Origin: Fimbriimonadia bacterium
Lineage (GTDB): Bacteria; Armatimonadota; Fimbriimonadia; Fimbriimonadales; JABRVX01
DNA: 64,000 nucleotides
Direction: 5' to 3'
Assembly: GCA_041483895.1 (NCBI GenBank)
Contig: JBGPGO010000002.1
Location: forward strand, 96,001 to 160,000
Under the pieces are notes generated by a model, which was given only the letters and a program-made list of their open reading frames with translations, was not told where the DNA came from and made no database searches. Each line of letters begins with the position of its first letter. Within the stretch, counting starts at the first letter, position 1. Of the stretch, positions 53,701 to 62,089 are shown in pieces. The position numbers were made by a program, and so were the translations under genes.

Positions 53701-55341
53701 CCCATTGGCCTCACCGCCTTCAATCACGGACGGAGTCGACGGGTCGTCCTGGGGATAGAAACGAACGGACTTGGCTTTTCCGAAATCTGTGTAGTCCAGA
53801 ACCTTTCCAATCCGTCCGATCGGATCGACGATCTTCTCCGGCCATCCCGCGAACGCCGAACTGGAGTCAAAGTAGGAGTATTTCGAGGGAGAATTGATGC
53901 CAGGCGCCCAGACTTCAGCCAGGTCGCCGATGGAATTGTAGTTGATGTGCCACTTGTCATTTGCGCCATTCCATATTTGAGTCCGCGCGTTGACGGGGTT
54001 GTGCGTATTCGGATCGTATTGTCCGTTACCGATATACCAATCGGTCTCGTAGTCATAGTTCAACGCGAACCCAGTCGGTTCTTCCTCGAAAACAGGATTG
54101 AAACCATTCCAAGATACGTTCCACTCGAAACCACGAAAGTCGGTGATCTTCCAGACGTTGCCGTTGAGTTGCCGGTTGATCGTGGCTTCGATGTTCCCGT
54201 ATACACCGTCGAATTCGGTGTCCATCTCAATTCGCGTCGGCAAGCCTTGTGAATCCAGATCCATCTGCATAGACGGTGTCGAAGTTGCATTGTTGAACTT
54301 GTAGCCTTGGAGCGAAGTAACATCCAGCACGGTCGTGTTGCCGCTTGGGTTATGGGTGTATTTGAACTGGTGTGTGAGATTTCCGAGCGAACGACCGTAC
54401 TTGACATAAAGTTCGGGGTTCGCCGCGTTGTTGAACAGGTAACCGATAGCGTACGGCAAATGGGACCCGATCTTTTGTGTGGCTACAGATACGAATGGCA
54501 AGTCTGGATTGTGCTCATAATAGCTTTCCAGACTGCTCCATTGGTCAACCAGCGTTGCCGTCGCGCTGTTTTGGACCGTGATGGCCGTGAGGGTCTCTAG
54601 GAATTCCAAAACCTCATTCAGTTCACCGATGTTTGTGCCCCAATCCGCTCCCTCTGGAACTTGCGGTTGGTCAACGGAAGCGCGAATTCGACCAAAATAC
54701 TTGGTCGTATCCGAATATGGTGGAAGCTGGAGGATGACGTCCGAAGAAGGATATGGAACTGAATACCATTGAATTCGAATTGGATGGGCGCCCGTGGGAT
54801 CGATTACCTCAACCCGGGGATTTTGAAGGTCCCAGTTGAATTGATACACGCGGCCAAGCGGATCGGTTACGGTCTTGATCGTTCCTTTGGGGGTGCCTTC
54901 CTGTCCGTGGAAAACGTAGACCCAGTTCCCGGCCATCTCCAGAGCGCCGGGAGGGCCCGCCACCAGGGTATAGTCGTCGCCTTTTGTCAACTGGCTCTTG
55001 GTTGTCGCATCCCCTGTCCAACCGGCTCCGAAGTTCTCGAATGATGGGCCATCACCGTCGACGTCGGCAACAAAAATCCTCGGATTCTGATTTTGGCCTA
55101 TGCCTTCTGTCAGCCGGAGGGCGAGAAATCCGTATCTGTTTCCCCAATAGTCCACGGTGACGACGCCAGAGAGACTCTCCCAAACATTACCGGCCGGATC
55201 CCAAGTGAACCCAAAATCGGATCGCAACGCGCCGGCAGACGGGCTCGCGTATGGAATCTGCCAGACGTTCGGAACCTTGATGTCGTCGTCCGCAAAGGAC
55301 AACAGTGGGCAGAGAACCGCCAGCAGCAGGACATGTTTCAT
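50743..55341 (-). CDS. RHS/YD-repeat polymorphic toxin: signal peptide, RHS core, pre-toxin HINT, Tox-REase-7-like nuclease
   Basis: MKHVLLLAVLCPLLSFA signal; YD repeats; AREYDPSVGRW..RDP...Y.Y..N.P....DPSG; CFPAGT...VYNL.V...HTFFV....WAHN; RIPD...GDVKN...QLKD. Confidence 0.92.
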   Translation of the reverse strand: MKHVLLLAVLCPLLSFADDDIKVPNVWQIPYASPSAGALRSDFGFTWDPAGNVWESLSGVVTVDYWGNRYGFLALRLTEGIGQNQNPRIFVADVDGDGPSFENFGAGWTGDATTKSQLTKGDDYTLVAGPPGALEMAGNWVYVFHGQEGTPKGTIKTVTDPLGRVYQFNWDLQNPRVEVIDPTGAHPIRIQWYSVPYPSSDVILQLPPYSDTTKYFGRIRASVDQPQVPEGADWGTNIGELNEVLEFLETLTAITVQNSATATLVDQWSSLESYYEHNPDLPFVSVATQKIGSHLPYAIGYLFNNAANPELYVKYGRSLGNLTHQFKYTHNPSGNTTVLDVTSLQGYKFNNATSTPSMQMDLDSQGLPTRIEMDTEFDGVYGNIEATINRQLNGNVWKITDFRGFEWNVSWNGFNPVFEEEPTGFALNYDYETDWYIGNGQYDPNTHNPVNARTQIWNGANDKWHINYNSIGDLAEVWAPGINSPSKYSYFDSSSAFAGWPEKIVDPIGRIGKVLDYTDFGKAKSVRFYPQDDPSTPSVIEGGEANGVTTQVSYNVLGQPTQILYNDANHFDMTYDDSKLVEATDERGRIFNVAYNPTGSSDTGFPDKVSAPNWTDWEGQSYPARDMVSIEFNSLDQPSAVMAGNGARETYYYGAFEEQTATVFDSWDGSNVVSLTESYNYTSDGLIRQIVRPSSETISHTYNKNRWLTKSAFGNTTHEFGLDLAGNVLSAKVSVSASEARRTDFVYDYDTNRLSTMTQFPNGPGTGYGIEYLYNPDGSVSRETLKLGSTVLQRLNYYYDDSGLVASIVDDTTSPSETSGFIHDGAGRLVVVSMANDKLETEFFYGGTAGHGHGFLERVDHRKITQMLSFGNPGAVFAHYNYTPYPDNTPATCAEWVNLSSTNVSWKYDPYGQLRQEVRGSTTNNFSYDLGGNLTNWGTRSFTEYNAGGVHTNQLATESTGVSYQYDPNGTRSQRVSNTGTYGYLYDALDNLTEVQLDGSPVYKAEYDAMGLRVKQTVGSFNSYFLYNQFGELIAELDGNGNLVARYVWGPTGPIYRVAGSARRYYIYDGLGHTRLLVNNQATITDRYTYDAWGNITSQTGSTANPFRWNAAYGYQYIPATKLYHVGAREYDPSVGRWMQRDPVGVRGGDANVYSYAGNRPITAKDPSGAYIDTAIDIGWTLGNLIAGFIDAANGNDEAAEDHFIDAAIGGVCSLIPFVTAPAVKALMPWAKKSVGWLSRSAGFGACFPAGTPVKTPSGYTAIDELTPGATILAKDESTGQIVHTHVVNNITCSPAERIHFTFDSSGALEVTAEHPLYKVGSGWVPASQLAIGDWLVTHSDQVQITQIDCLPAITVYNLSVEDPHTFFVGADEVWAHNKWTANLPQVIKNAYVTMTNAYRASRLASKMRNVVQLGRVGEVAAGIEKNTERIKSITKTANYRIPDILNDVEIGDVKNWSRKVGLSNQLKDYILHAEKFGLRFILRLRSKEIGISSTLREFLDQTLGSGGYDITDIFSNRWINGPWHLPLLTPR

Positions 55342-55374
55342 TTCTTTTCCCTCCCGGCAAATATCATTGGGTCT

Positions 55375-55403
55375 ATTATAAAGCAGTTCCTCCAATTCGT
55401 CAA
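55375..55403 (-). promoter_or_regulatory. Near-consensus sigma70 promoter of the toxin gene
   Basis: TTGACG-N17-TATAAT on the minus strand, then a GGGAGG RBS and ATG at 55341. Confidence 0.8.
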
Positions 55404-55500
55404 GAGCTTTGTGAAAAATTATCGCTAATACCTCGCAAGGCAAAAAGACAGTGACGATGGGACGGTGTGGGTCGTCCAACGGTGGGAAGGCCCCGGCGCG

Positions 55501-55530
55501 TTGACAAAGGGGCGGTGGAAGCGTTATGAT
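55501..55530 (+). promoter_or_regulatory. Sigma70-type promoter of the beta-barrel genes
   Basis: TTGACA-N18-TATGAT. Confidence 0.7.
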
Positions 55531-55534
55531 CGGC

Positions 55535-55639
55535 AGGCGGACCACGAGCCGCTTGAGAGAAGAGTCGGCGGGCGGAGACGAACCGCCCCATAAATAGCGG
55601 CCCACGAGCCGCGCCAAGGAAGGCATAGGAGGCCACGGA
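55535..55639 (+). promoter_or_regulatory. Structured 5'UTR with four hairpins (three ACGA loops, one AGGA loop)
   Basis: GCGG-ACCACGAG-CCGC, GGGCGG-AGACGAA-CCGCCC, GCGGC-CCACGA-GCCGC, GCC-AAGGAA-GGC, then the AGGAGG SD. Confidence 0.55.
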
Positions 55640-56161
55640 ATGAGGCAACTTACGAAACTCGCGTTATCCTGCGCGCTCGCGTGCGGAGTGTTCGCCCCCC
55701 AGACATTCGCCCAAAACGAAGAATCGCTCTCAATCAGAGGCGGCCTTTGGCTGCCGGTCGATACCACCGTCAAGGACGTCGCGACGATCTGGTTCGCCGC
55801 CGGCGTGGACGTGCATCTATCCACGGCGTTCCTCCCCAATTCGGAAACCGTCCTCAGCGCGGACTATCTCACGCACAGCCTGGGAGCGACGCCGGGAAAC
55901 ATCTTCCCGCTCACCATCAACGAATATTTCTATCGCCCATACGGCCTCCATAGAGCCTATTTCGGCCTCGGCGCCGGCGCTTTTGTCACCGATGTCAAGG
56001 GCAGCCCGTCGAAGACCGTTTTCGGCCTCAAAGGGACCCTTGGCGTGGAGCTGGACTTTCGCTGGTTCGCCGAACTTGACTATTTTTGGAGCGATCGGTT
56101 TGATACCGGCACCGGAGCGCGCGTGAACGGGATCGCCGCCTACATCGGCTTCAAGCTGTGA
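55640..56161 (+). CDS. Small outer-membrane beta-barrel protein
   Basis: Signal peptide; alternating aromatic strands; YFGLGAG; C-terminal YIGFKL. Confidence 0.8.
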   Translation: MRQLTKLALSCALACGVFAPQTFAQNEESLSIRGGLWLPVDTTVKDVATIWFAAGVDVHLSTAFLPNSETVLSADYLTHSLGATPGNIFPLTINEYFYRPYGLHRAYFGLGAGAFVTDVKGSPSKTVFGLKGTLGVELDFRWFAELDYFWSDRFDTGTGARVNGIAAYIGFKL

Positions 56162-56643
56162 GAGGGATACTCGCCGGCCTTCTCTTGGTGAGCGGCGTCG
56201 CATGGGGCCAGATCATCGAGAGGCCCAAAATCGGCGTCAAGCTCGGCATCGGCTTTTCCGATACGAAGGATGTCAACGGGACGGACAAGAGCACGCGGTT
56301 CTATTTTGGCGCCGGCGTGGACGTTTCGCTGTCCGCTTTGCCGATCTGGGGCGGGCTGCCGCGGATTGACGGAGATCTGTTCTATGGTCCGGGGAGCAGC
56401 TCCCTGTTCCGAGTGGGGCTGACGGAGATATGGCACAGCCCGAGCATCGTGCCCAGCCAACCGTACTTTGGCTTGGGCGCCGGTTTCCTGTTCGCTGACA
56501 AGCGGGGCGAGTCGGACCGGAGGGTTCTGTCCGTCAAGCTGTTGGGCGGCGTCACAATTGGCAAGAATCTATTCGTGGAGGCCGCAATCCTCCAATCGAG
56601 CAGGACCGACGCCGTCATTTTCGAGGTTGGCCAGAGATTCTGA
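56158..56643 (+). CDS. Small outer-membrane beta-barrel protein
   Basis: Signal peptide; PYFGLGAG; C-terminal Phe (VGQRF); GTGA overlap with the previous gene. Confidence 0.78.
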   Translation: MRGILAGLLLVSGVAWGQIIERPKIGVKLGIGFSDTKDVNGTDKSTRFYFGAGVDVSLSALPIWGGLPRIDGDLFYGPGSSSLFRVGLTEIWHSPSIVPSQPYFGLGAGFLFADKRGESDRRVLSVKLLGGVTIGKNLFVEAAILQSSRTDAVIFEVGQRF

Positions 56644-56701
56644 GCGTTTTTCGGCGGTTTCCCGGTATCCTGGTCAGACTGGGTTATAGGTACGCCGTTC
56701 A

Positions 56702-57655
56702 ATGTTCAGCAACACGCCCCTGCGGGTCTTTAGCGGGACCTCCAACGTTCCGTTCGCACAAAACGTCGCCAAGAAACTGAACCTCGAATTAGGGGATGTG
56801 GACATCCGCCGGTTCGAGGACGGGGAGTGCCACGTCAGCTTCCGTGAATCGGTTCGGGGCGCTGATTGCTACGTTATTCAGTCTTGCGGACCCCCCGTCG
56901 ACGTGAATTTGATAGAGATGCTGATCATGATGGACGCTTTACGCAGGACCAGCATCGCCCGCATCACGGCGGTAATCCCTTATTTCGGCTATGCCCGGCA
57001 GGAGAAAAAAGAGCATCCCCGCGAACCGATCACCGCGAAACTAGTTGCCGATATGATTATGTGTGCTGGCGCACATCGCGTGATGACAATTGACCTCCAC
57101 GCATCCGCGATCCAAGGTTTCTTCAATTGTCCCGTGGATCACCTCAGCACCCTTAAAAGTTTCACAGAATACTTCCGAAAGTTGAAAGATCGCCGCATAG
57201 TGGTCGTTTCGGCTGACGAAGGCGGTGTAAAAAAGGTAAGAAAAGTAGCAGCGGTATTGGGCGCCCCGATTGCGGTAGGGTACAAAATCCGTCCGGAACC
57301 GGATAAGAGCGAGTTGACGGAGCTGGCGGGAGAGGTTCGGGGCAAGGTGCCGATTATTATTGAGGATATGATCACGACCGGCGGGAGCGTAGATAACTGT
57401 ATCGACGCGCTGCTCGCGGCCGGTTGTGAGCCAGAGGTCTACATTGCGGCAACGCACGGGATATTGGCGGGCCGGGCTATCGAGCGCCTGAGCCGACCGG
57501 AGGTTGCGGAAGTGGTTGTAACGGATACTGTGCCAATCCCGGAGGAAAAAAGGTTCGATCGGTTGAAAATTGTGAGTGTCGCGCCACTTTTTGCTGCCGC
57601 AATCGAGCGAGCGCACAAGGATATGTCGGTATCCTCACTATTTGAATTGGAGTAG
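56702..57655 (+). CDS. prs: Ribose-phosphate pyrophosphokinase
   Basis: FEDGE, ESVRG, PYFGYARQEKK, DLHA..IQGFF, EDMITTGGS, ATHG. Confidence 0.95.
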   Translation: MFSNTPLRVFSGTSNVPFAQNVAKKLNLELGDVDIRRFEDGECHVSFRESVRGADCYVIQSCGPPVDVNLIEMLIMMDALRRTSIARITAVIPYFGYARQEKKEHPREPITAKLVADMIMCAGAHRVMTIDLHASAIQGFFNCPVDHLSTLKSFTEYFRKLKDRRIVVVSADEGGVKKVRKVAAVLGAPIAVGYKIRPEPDKSELTELAGEVRGKVPIIIEDMITTGGSVDNCIDALLAAGCEPEVYIAATHGILAGRAIERLSRPEVAEVVVTDTVPIPEEKRFDRLKIVSVAPLFAAAIERAHKDMSVSSLFELE

Positions 57656-57662
57656 GTACCTG

Positions 57663-58304
57663 TTGCAGACGGAACGGGAGCTGCGGGAATTGTTGGTGGA
57701 ATTTGGCCGCCGGTTGTGGGACCGGGGGCTAATCGGCGCTTGTGAGGGCAATATTTCCATTCGTGTGGACGCCAACCGGCTGCTGTGCACCCCTGCCGGC
57801 GCGAGCAAGGGTCATTTGGAGCCAGACGGATTGGTGATGGCCGGCATCAAGCAGCGGTGGTTCGCGGGTGGCGAGCCGACGTCTGAAGTCGCGCTGCATG
57901 TGGCCTGCTACGCGGCCCGGGACGATATCGGCGCGGTGATCCATGCGCATCCGGCCATCGCGACGGGATTTAGTTTGGCGGGCGAGACGATACCGACCGG
58001 TGTTTTGAACGAGGCGGACCTGGTTCTTGGCGAGGTGGCGCTGGTGCCGTACGCGGTTCCGGCGTCCGACGACGTTCCGCGGAAGATCAAACCGTTCTTA
58101 CACAACCACAATGTCTTTCTCTTGGCGCATCACGGTGCGGTTGCGTTTGGGACCGGTCTCCATGAAGCGTACAACCGGATGGAAACGCTGGAGCGCTGCG
58201 CCCAGATCATCCTCACCGCGCGCACGTTGGGCCGGGTGAACTCCATCCCTTCGGCCAATGCCGCTGAGCTGCTCGGCGTCAGCGAAGCCGCTTCCGGCGG
58301 ATGA
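57663..58304 (+). CDS. Class II aldolase/adducin family protein
   Basis: GNIS.R, TP.G..K, PTSE..LH, HAHP, L.HHG. Confidence 0.92.
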   Translation: MQTERELRELLVEFGRRLWDRGLIGACEGNISIRVDANRLLCTPAGASKGHLEPDGLVMAGIKQRWFAGGEPTSEVALHVACYAARDDIGAVIHAHPAIATGFSLAGETIPTGVLNEADLVLGEVALVPYAVPASDDVPRKIKPFLHNHNVFLLAHHGAVAFGTGLHEAYNRMETLERCAQIILTARTLGRVNSIPSANAAELLGVSEAASGG

Positions 58305-58573
58305 TCTCTCGTCTGATCGCCCGCGTCACTGGCCGGGTGCAGGGTGTCGGCTACCGGGCATTTGTCGCGCTCGAGGCCGCGGAATTGGGTCTGACTGGGT
58401 ATGCGAGCAACGATGATGACGGCAGCGTTGAGATCCTTGCGGAAGGTGGGGAGCCGCACCTCCAACTGTTTCTTCGTTCTCTTCACGACGGCCCGGCTCT
58501 CAGCCAAGTGGAGGAAGTCGAGTTCCGGATCGAAGAGGGCGAGCACAGCTACGAACGATTCGTGATCCGGTAA
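58301..58573 (+). CDS. acyP: Acylphosphatase
   Basis: [22 protein letters not shown]. Confidence 0.95.
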   Translation: MISRLIARVTGRVQGVGYRAFVALEAAELGLTGYASNDDDGSVEILAEGGEPHLQLFLRSLHDGPALSQVEEVEFRIEEGEHSYERFVIR

Positions 58574-58713
58574 ACGGCCTCCTAACTTTAGGGACTTTGA
58601 GAAGCGATGAAATAACCTCTTGGCCTTTGGAACCGCAGCAATTTGCTGTCACGCCACATGCCGTGCTGCAGGGTACTAACTTCGCGCTAAGTGGTACATT
58701 GACGCAATAGACG

Positions 58714-59372
58714 ATGTCAAAACAGCAATCAGCAACATACTGGGTACTCACCGAGAAGGGCGAACGGCTAGGACCAATCGGAGCAGAATCGGTCCAGTCG
58801 CTTTATCGTGCTAGATCAATTTCTGCCACGGATAGGGTGCAAGGCCCTGACGAGAATAGCGTTGATGTGGGCCAATTCTGCGCTTTGCGGGAACAAGAAA
58901 GCCAGCGTTCGCAAGTAAGGGTCGTGCAGTTGTACAGATTGATCGGGATAGCGTGGGGGCTATTCATTGCATCTATCTATTTTGGTCAGGGGCCAGCATG
59001 TTTCGTGGTTCTTTGTGTGAGCCCACGCGCATACGCGCATCTATCTATCAATGAAAACGCAGATCGGTCATCCCCACGAGTGGATTCTGCAACTGAGAGG
59101 TTCAAGAGAGACATGGAGCCGATTGAGAAGGCATACATGTGGATCGGCTCAACCATAGGACTGGTTTTGTTTGCTGCTTCGGGATACGTGTCGCTGTGCC
59201 TTTGGCGCCAGCGTGAAAGGTTGGCGAGAATAAATGGCTGCATCCTATTGATGCTGTGTGCCATGTTGATCATTTACTCGGGTTTGGTGAGGAATAGCGC
59301 CATTGTGCAGCGAAGACGGTTTCAGAGTGCTTTCGACACGCCAACCAGCGCACAGAGAAGCCGAGGAATTGA
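58714..59372 (+). CDS. Hypothetical membrane protein with GYF_2-like N-terminus; 3' end uncertain (ORF reads on to 59778, probably frameshifted)
   Basis: G.RLGP motif and three hydrophobic segments; lower GC; the ORF overlaps the next gene by >300 nt; a TGA lies at 59370-59372 in another frame. Confidence 0.45.
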
Positions 59373-59455
59373 AAGCTTTGACAGATTTCGGGGATTTGCG
59401 TGCGACTCTTATCTTAAAGGGAGGTGGAACGTGCGCGAAGTTAAGGAGGTAGTCC

Positions 59456-60712
59456 ATGAAAGGGCGCTCATCGAAGACAAAGCCAGAAGAGAGAGGCGCG
59501 GTTACACGCCGGCAGGTACTGAAGGCCGGGGGTGGGGCGCTGGCGGGGCTGGCGCTGGCGTCGCACGGATTGATGATCGACACGGCCCCCAAAAAGGTGC
59601 GCATGGGCGTGGTCGGGGGGAACTTCGGGGCGGACTTCTATTGGCACGAGCACCCGGATTGCATCGTCGCGGCGGTAAGCGACTTGCGGCCCGAACGGCG
59701 CGATCGCCTGATGCAAGCCTATCGGTGCGAGAAGGCGTACAACTCGCTCGAAGAATTGGTGAAAGATCCCAATGTTGACGCTGTCGCGCTATTCACGGAG
59801 GGACCCAACCATGTGAAGCACGCGGTAGAGGCCCTGAAGCATGGGAAGCATGTGATTTCGGCGGTGCCGGCATGCATGGGTGGCGGCATCGACGAGGCGC
59901 ATCGGCTGCTCGACGCCGTCAAGCAGAGCGGTTTGACATACATGATGGCGGAGACAAGCTACTATCAACAGGTCACTATTTCCGCGCGAAAGTTCTGGGA
60001 GCAAAAGCGGTTTGGCGAGATCTACTATACGGAAGCGGAATACCAGCATCCAGGGTTGGAGGCGCTGTTTTTCGAAAACGGCAAACGCACTTGGCGTCAC
60101 GGCGCGCCGCCGATGCTCTATCCCACGCATTGCACCGCGTTTCTGATCGGCGTGACAGGCGAACGGCTGACGGAGGTGGTTTGCCATGGGTGGGGTGATG
60201 ACGATCCGATTCTCAAAGACAATGCGTTTAAGAATCCATTTTGGAACGAGTCGGCGCTGTTCCGCACGAATCGCGGGCACGCTTTTCGAGTGAATGTGTG
60301 GTGGAAAGGGGCTCATTTCGGGTGTGAGCGGGCACAGTGGATCGGCAACAAGATGAGCTTCTATGACAGCTCGTCGACCGGGGCGGGGCCGGTGATCATT
60401 CGCGCGGGCAAACAGCAGGAAAAGGACGACGCCGGCTTCGTGCGCGACTTGCCGGAATTTGAGCAATATCAGCAGCCGCAGTGGTGGAAGACCGATATGC
60501 TGCCGGAGCCGTTGCGGCACGATTCGGGCCATCACGGCTCGCACACTTTTCTGACGCACGAGTTTGTGGATGCGCTTTCACACGGCAGGCGGCCGACAGT
60601 CGATATCTACGAGGCGCTGGCGTACACCGTGCCTGGAATCATCGCCCACGAATCGGCGCTGAAGAAGGGCGAGCGGCTAAAGATCCCGCAATTCGAACTG
60701 CCAAAGGCGTAG
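59456..60712 (+). CDS. Tat-exported Gfo/Idh/MocA oxidoreductase
   Basis: TRRQVLK twin-arginine signal; DPNVDAV, H...A.EAL.HGKHV.SAVP, YPTH; AAGGAGGT RBS. Confidence 0.92.
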   Translation: MKGRSSKTKPEERGAVTRRQVLKAGGGALAGLALASHGLMIDTAPKKVRMGVVGGNFGADFYWHEHPDCIVAAVSDLRPERRDRLMQAYRCEKAYNSLEELVKDPNVDAVALFTEGPNHVKHAVEALKHGKHVISAVPACMGGGIDEAHRLLDAVKQSGLTYMMAETSYYQQVTISARKFWEQKRFGEIYYTEAEYQHPGLEALFFENGKRTWRHGAPPMLYPTHCTAFLIGVTGERLTEVVCHGWGDDDPILKDNAFKNPFWNESALFRTNRGHAFRVNVWWKGAHFGCERAQWIGNKMSFYDSSSTGAGPVIIRAGKQQEKDDAGFVRDLPEFEQYQQPQWWKTDMLPEPLRHDSGHHGSHTFLTHEFVDALSHGRRPTVDIYEALAYTVPGIIAHESALKKGERLKIPQFELPKA

Positions 60713-60720
60713 TCGCTGAT

Positions 60721-60773
60721 AAAGTGTCAAGGATGTCCTGTCAGAAGTGTAAATCACGTCTTGTCAGCGTACA
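60721..60773. mobile_element. Solitary IS481-like terminal sequence
   Basis: Two 23-bp-period units AAGTGTCAAGGATGTCCTGTCA / AAGTGTAAATCACGTCTTGTCA ending in GTACA; no transposase nearby. Confidence 0.5.
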
Positions 60774-60806
60774 TGTGATGGTTGAAGGATTCAAGAGTTT
60801 TGACAA

Positions 60807-61898
60807 ATGACAATGAAAGCATTGCTGAATACGCGAGACCACGCATCATGCGATTTTAGTCATCCGATCATTCGGTGGAAAGATCGCAACCCGCCGAGGA
60901 AGTCTCCCGCGCTACTGTTGCCAGATCGTTGCCTAACGGTCCCATTCCGGCATTTCGCTCTCATCCTCAGCATCGTTATCGTGGTGCTAGGCGGCTGCTC
61001 GACGGGAGGGAAGAATCCGGTAAGGGATCCGATTGTTTATTCGGGTACGGTGTACTTTGCTGCAGCGTCGCCGCCGAGGCAATTACGCTATACAATAGTT
61101 CCAACGGACGCCGGCGACATGTTATACGACTCGGTTCAGGCAATCAGTCAGTCGCTGTCGGGGAGGAAAGTGGCGCTATTGAGACGCTACAGCGTCACGG
61201 GCGCGGAAGGCAACAAATGGTTCTGCCAACTCATAGTGGTCGACATGCTAACTGGGGATCAAAGGATCGTTTCCACATTTACCGACGATGCACAGCATTC
61301 GAAGTACAGCAATGGGCTCGCGGTCGGGACACCGTATCCTACCGAACGTTATTCCGCCTGGATCGGAGAAGGGAAGGTATGTCTCGGCTTCGGTCGAACT
61401 GGGCTGCTCGCTGTGGATGTACAGAGCGGTCGGGCCGCCTCTATTGTGGTCGATTCTAAGGTTGTGGGCATATCCAGCATGAGATCCGGCATCCAAAGTG
61501 ATTCCCTTCCCGTGAGCGTTGACCGAAACGGTCATTTCGAGGTGGGTCTTGTGGACTTGACCAGCGGCCGTTTCCGCAAGATTGGCGTCGGAGACTCTAT
61601 CTGCTGCGATCCAGTCGGCAATCTTTGGTGGTGCGATGACAGGGGGGCGGTACACACATCCGACAAGCAGGGCCGACTGATACGCGACTGGCAAAATGCC
61701 CAATTCAACGACAACAAGGGCGCAAACGAAGTTTGGTGGTCTCCGAAATGGAGGACGGCGATACTCGGTTTTTCAAGACCTGGTCGGTCGGCGAACGTAA
61801 GCGGTACCGTTCACTTTGGCAAATTAGACGAAGCAACCGGAAAGGTCGAATTGCTTGACGGTACGATCAACATCGGTGATGAGTTCGCACCAAGATAA
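60807..61898 (+). CDS. Hypothetical lipoprotein (beta-propeller-like); true start probably near 60918
   Basis: Hydrophobic stretch ending LGGC; beta-rich with VD..SG/TG motifs; lower GC. Confidence 0.6.
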   Translation: MTMKALLNTRDHASCDFSHPIIRWKDRNPPRKSPALLLPDRCLTVPFRHFALILSIVIVVLGGCSTGGKNPVRDPIVYSGTVYFAAASPPRQLRYTIVPTDAGDMLYDSVQAISQSLSGRKVALLRRYSVTGAEGNKWFCQLIVVDMLTGDQRIVSTFTDDAQHSKYSNGLAVGTPYPTERYSAWIGEGKVCLGFGRTGLLAVDVQSGRAASIVVDSKVVGISSMRSGIQSDSLPVSVDRNGHFEVGLVDLTSGRFRKIGVGDSICCDPVGNLWWCDDRGAVHTSDKQGRLIRDWQNAQFNDNKGANEVWWSPKWRTAILGFSRPGRSANVSGTVHFGKLDEATGKVELLDGTINIGDEFAPR

Positions 61899-62089
61899 CA
61901 ACCATCTGCGAGAGAATTCGAGTCGGCAAGTTGATGGTGCGTTTTGACTACGCCGACAGCGCGAACGCGTCCGTTGCGAGGGTGGATGGGTTCCTGGAGA
62001 TTTCTGCCGGCCACGGCATGGCGAAGCGAAAGGTCATGGTCGAGGTTCCTCGATACTGGTAGGAATGGTGGGTAAGGAGGGACTCGAAT

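Noticed and set aside
55342..55839. 166-aa N-terminal extension of the RHS ORF in the track
   Set aside because: It overlaps the divergent barrel gene and both promoters; the RBS, promoter and signal peptide support a start at 55341
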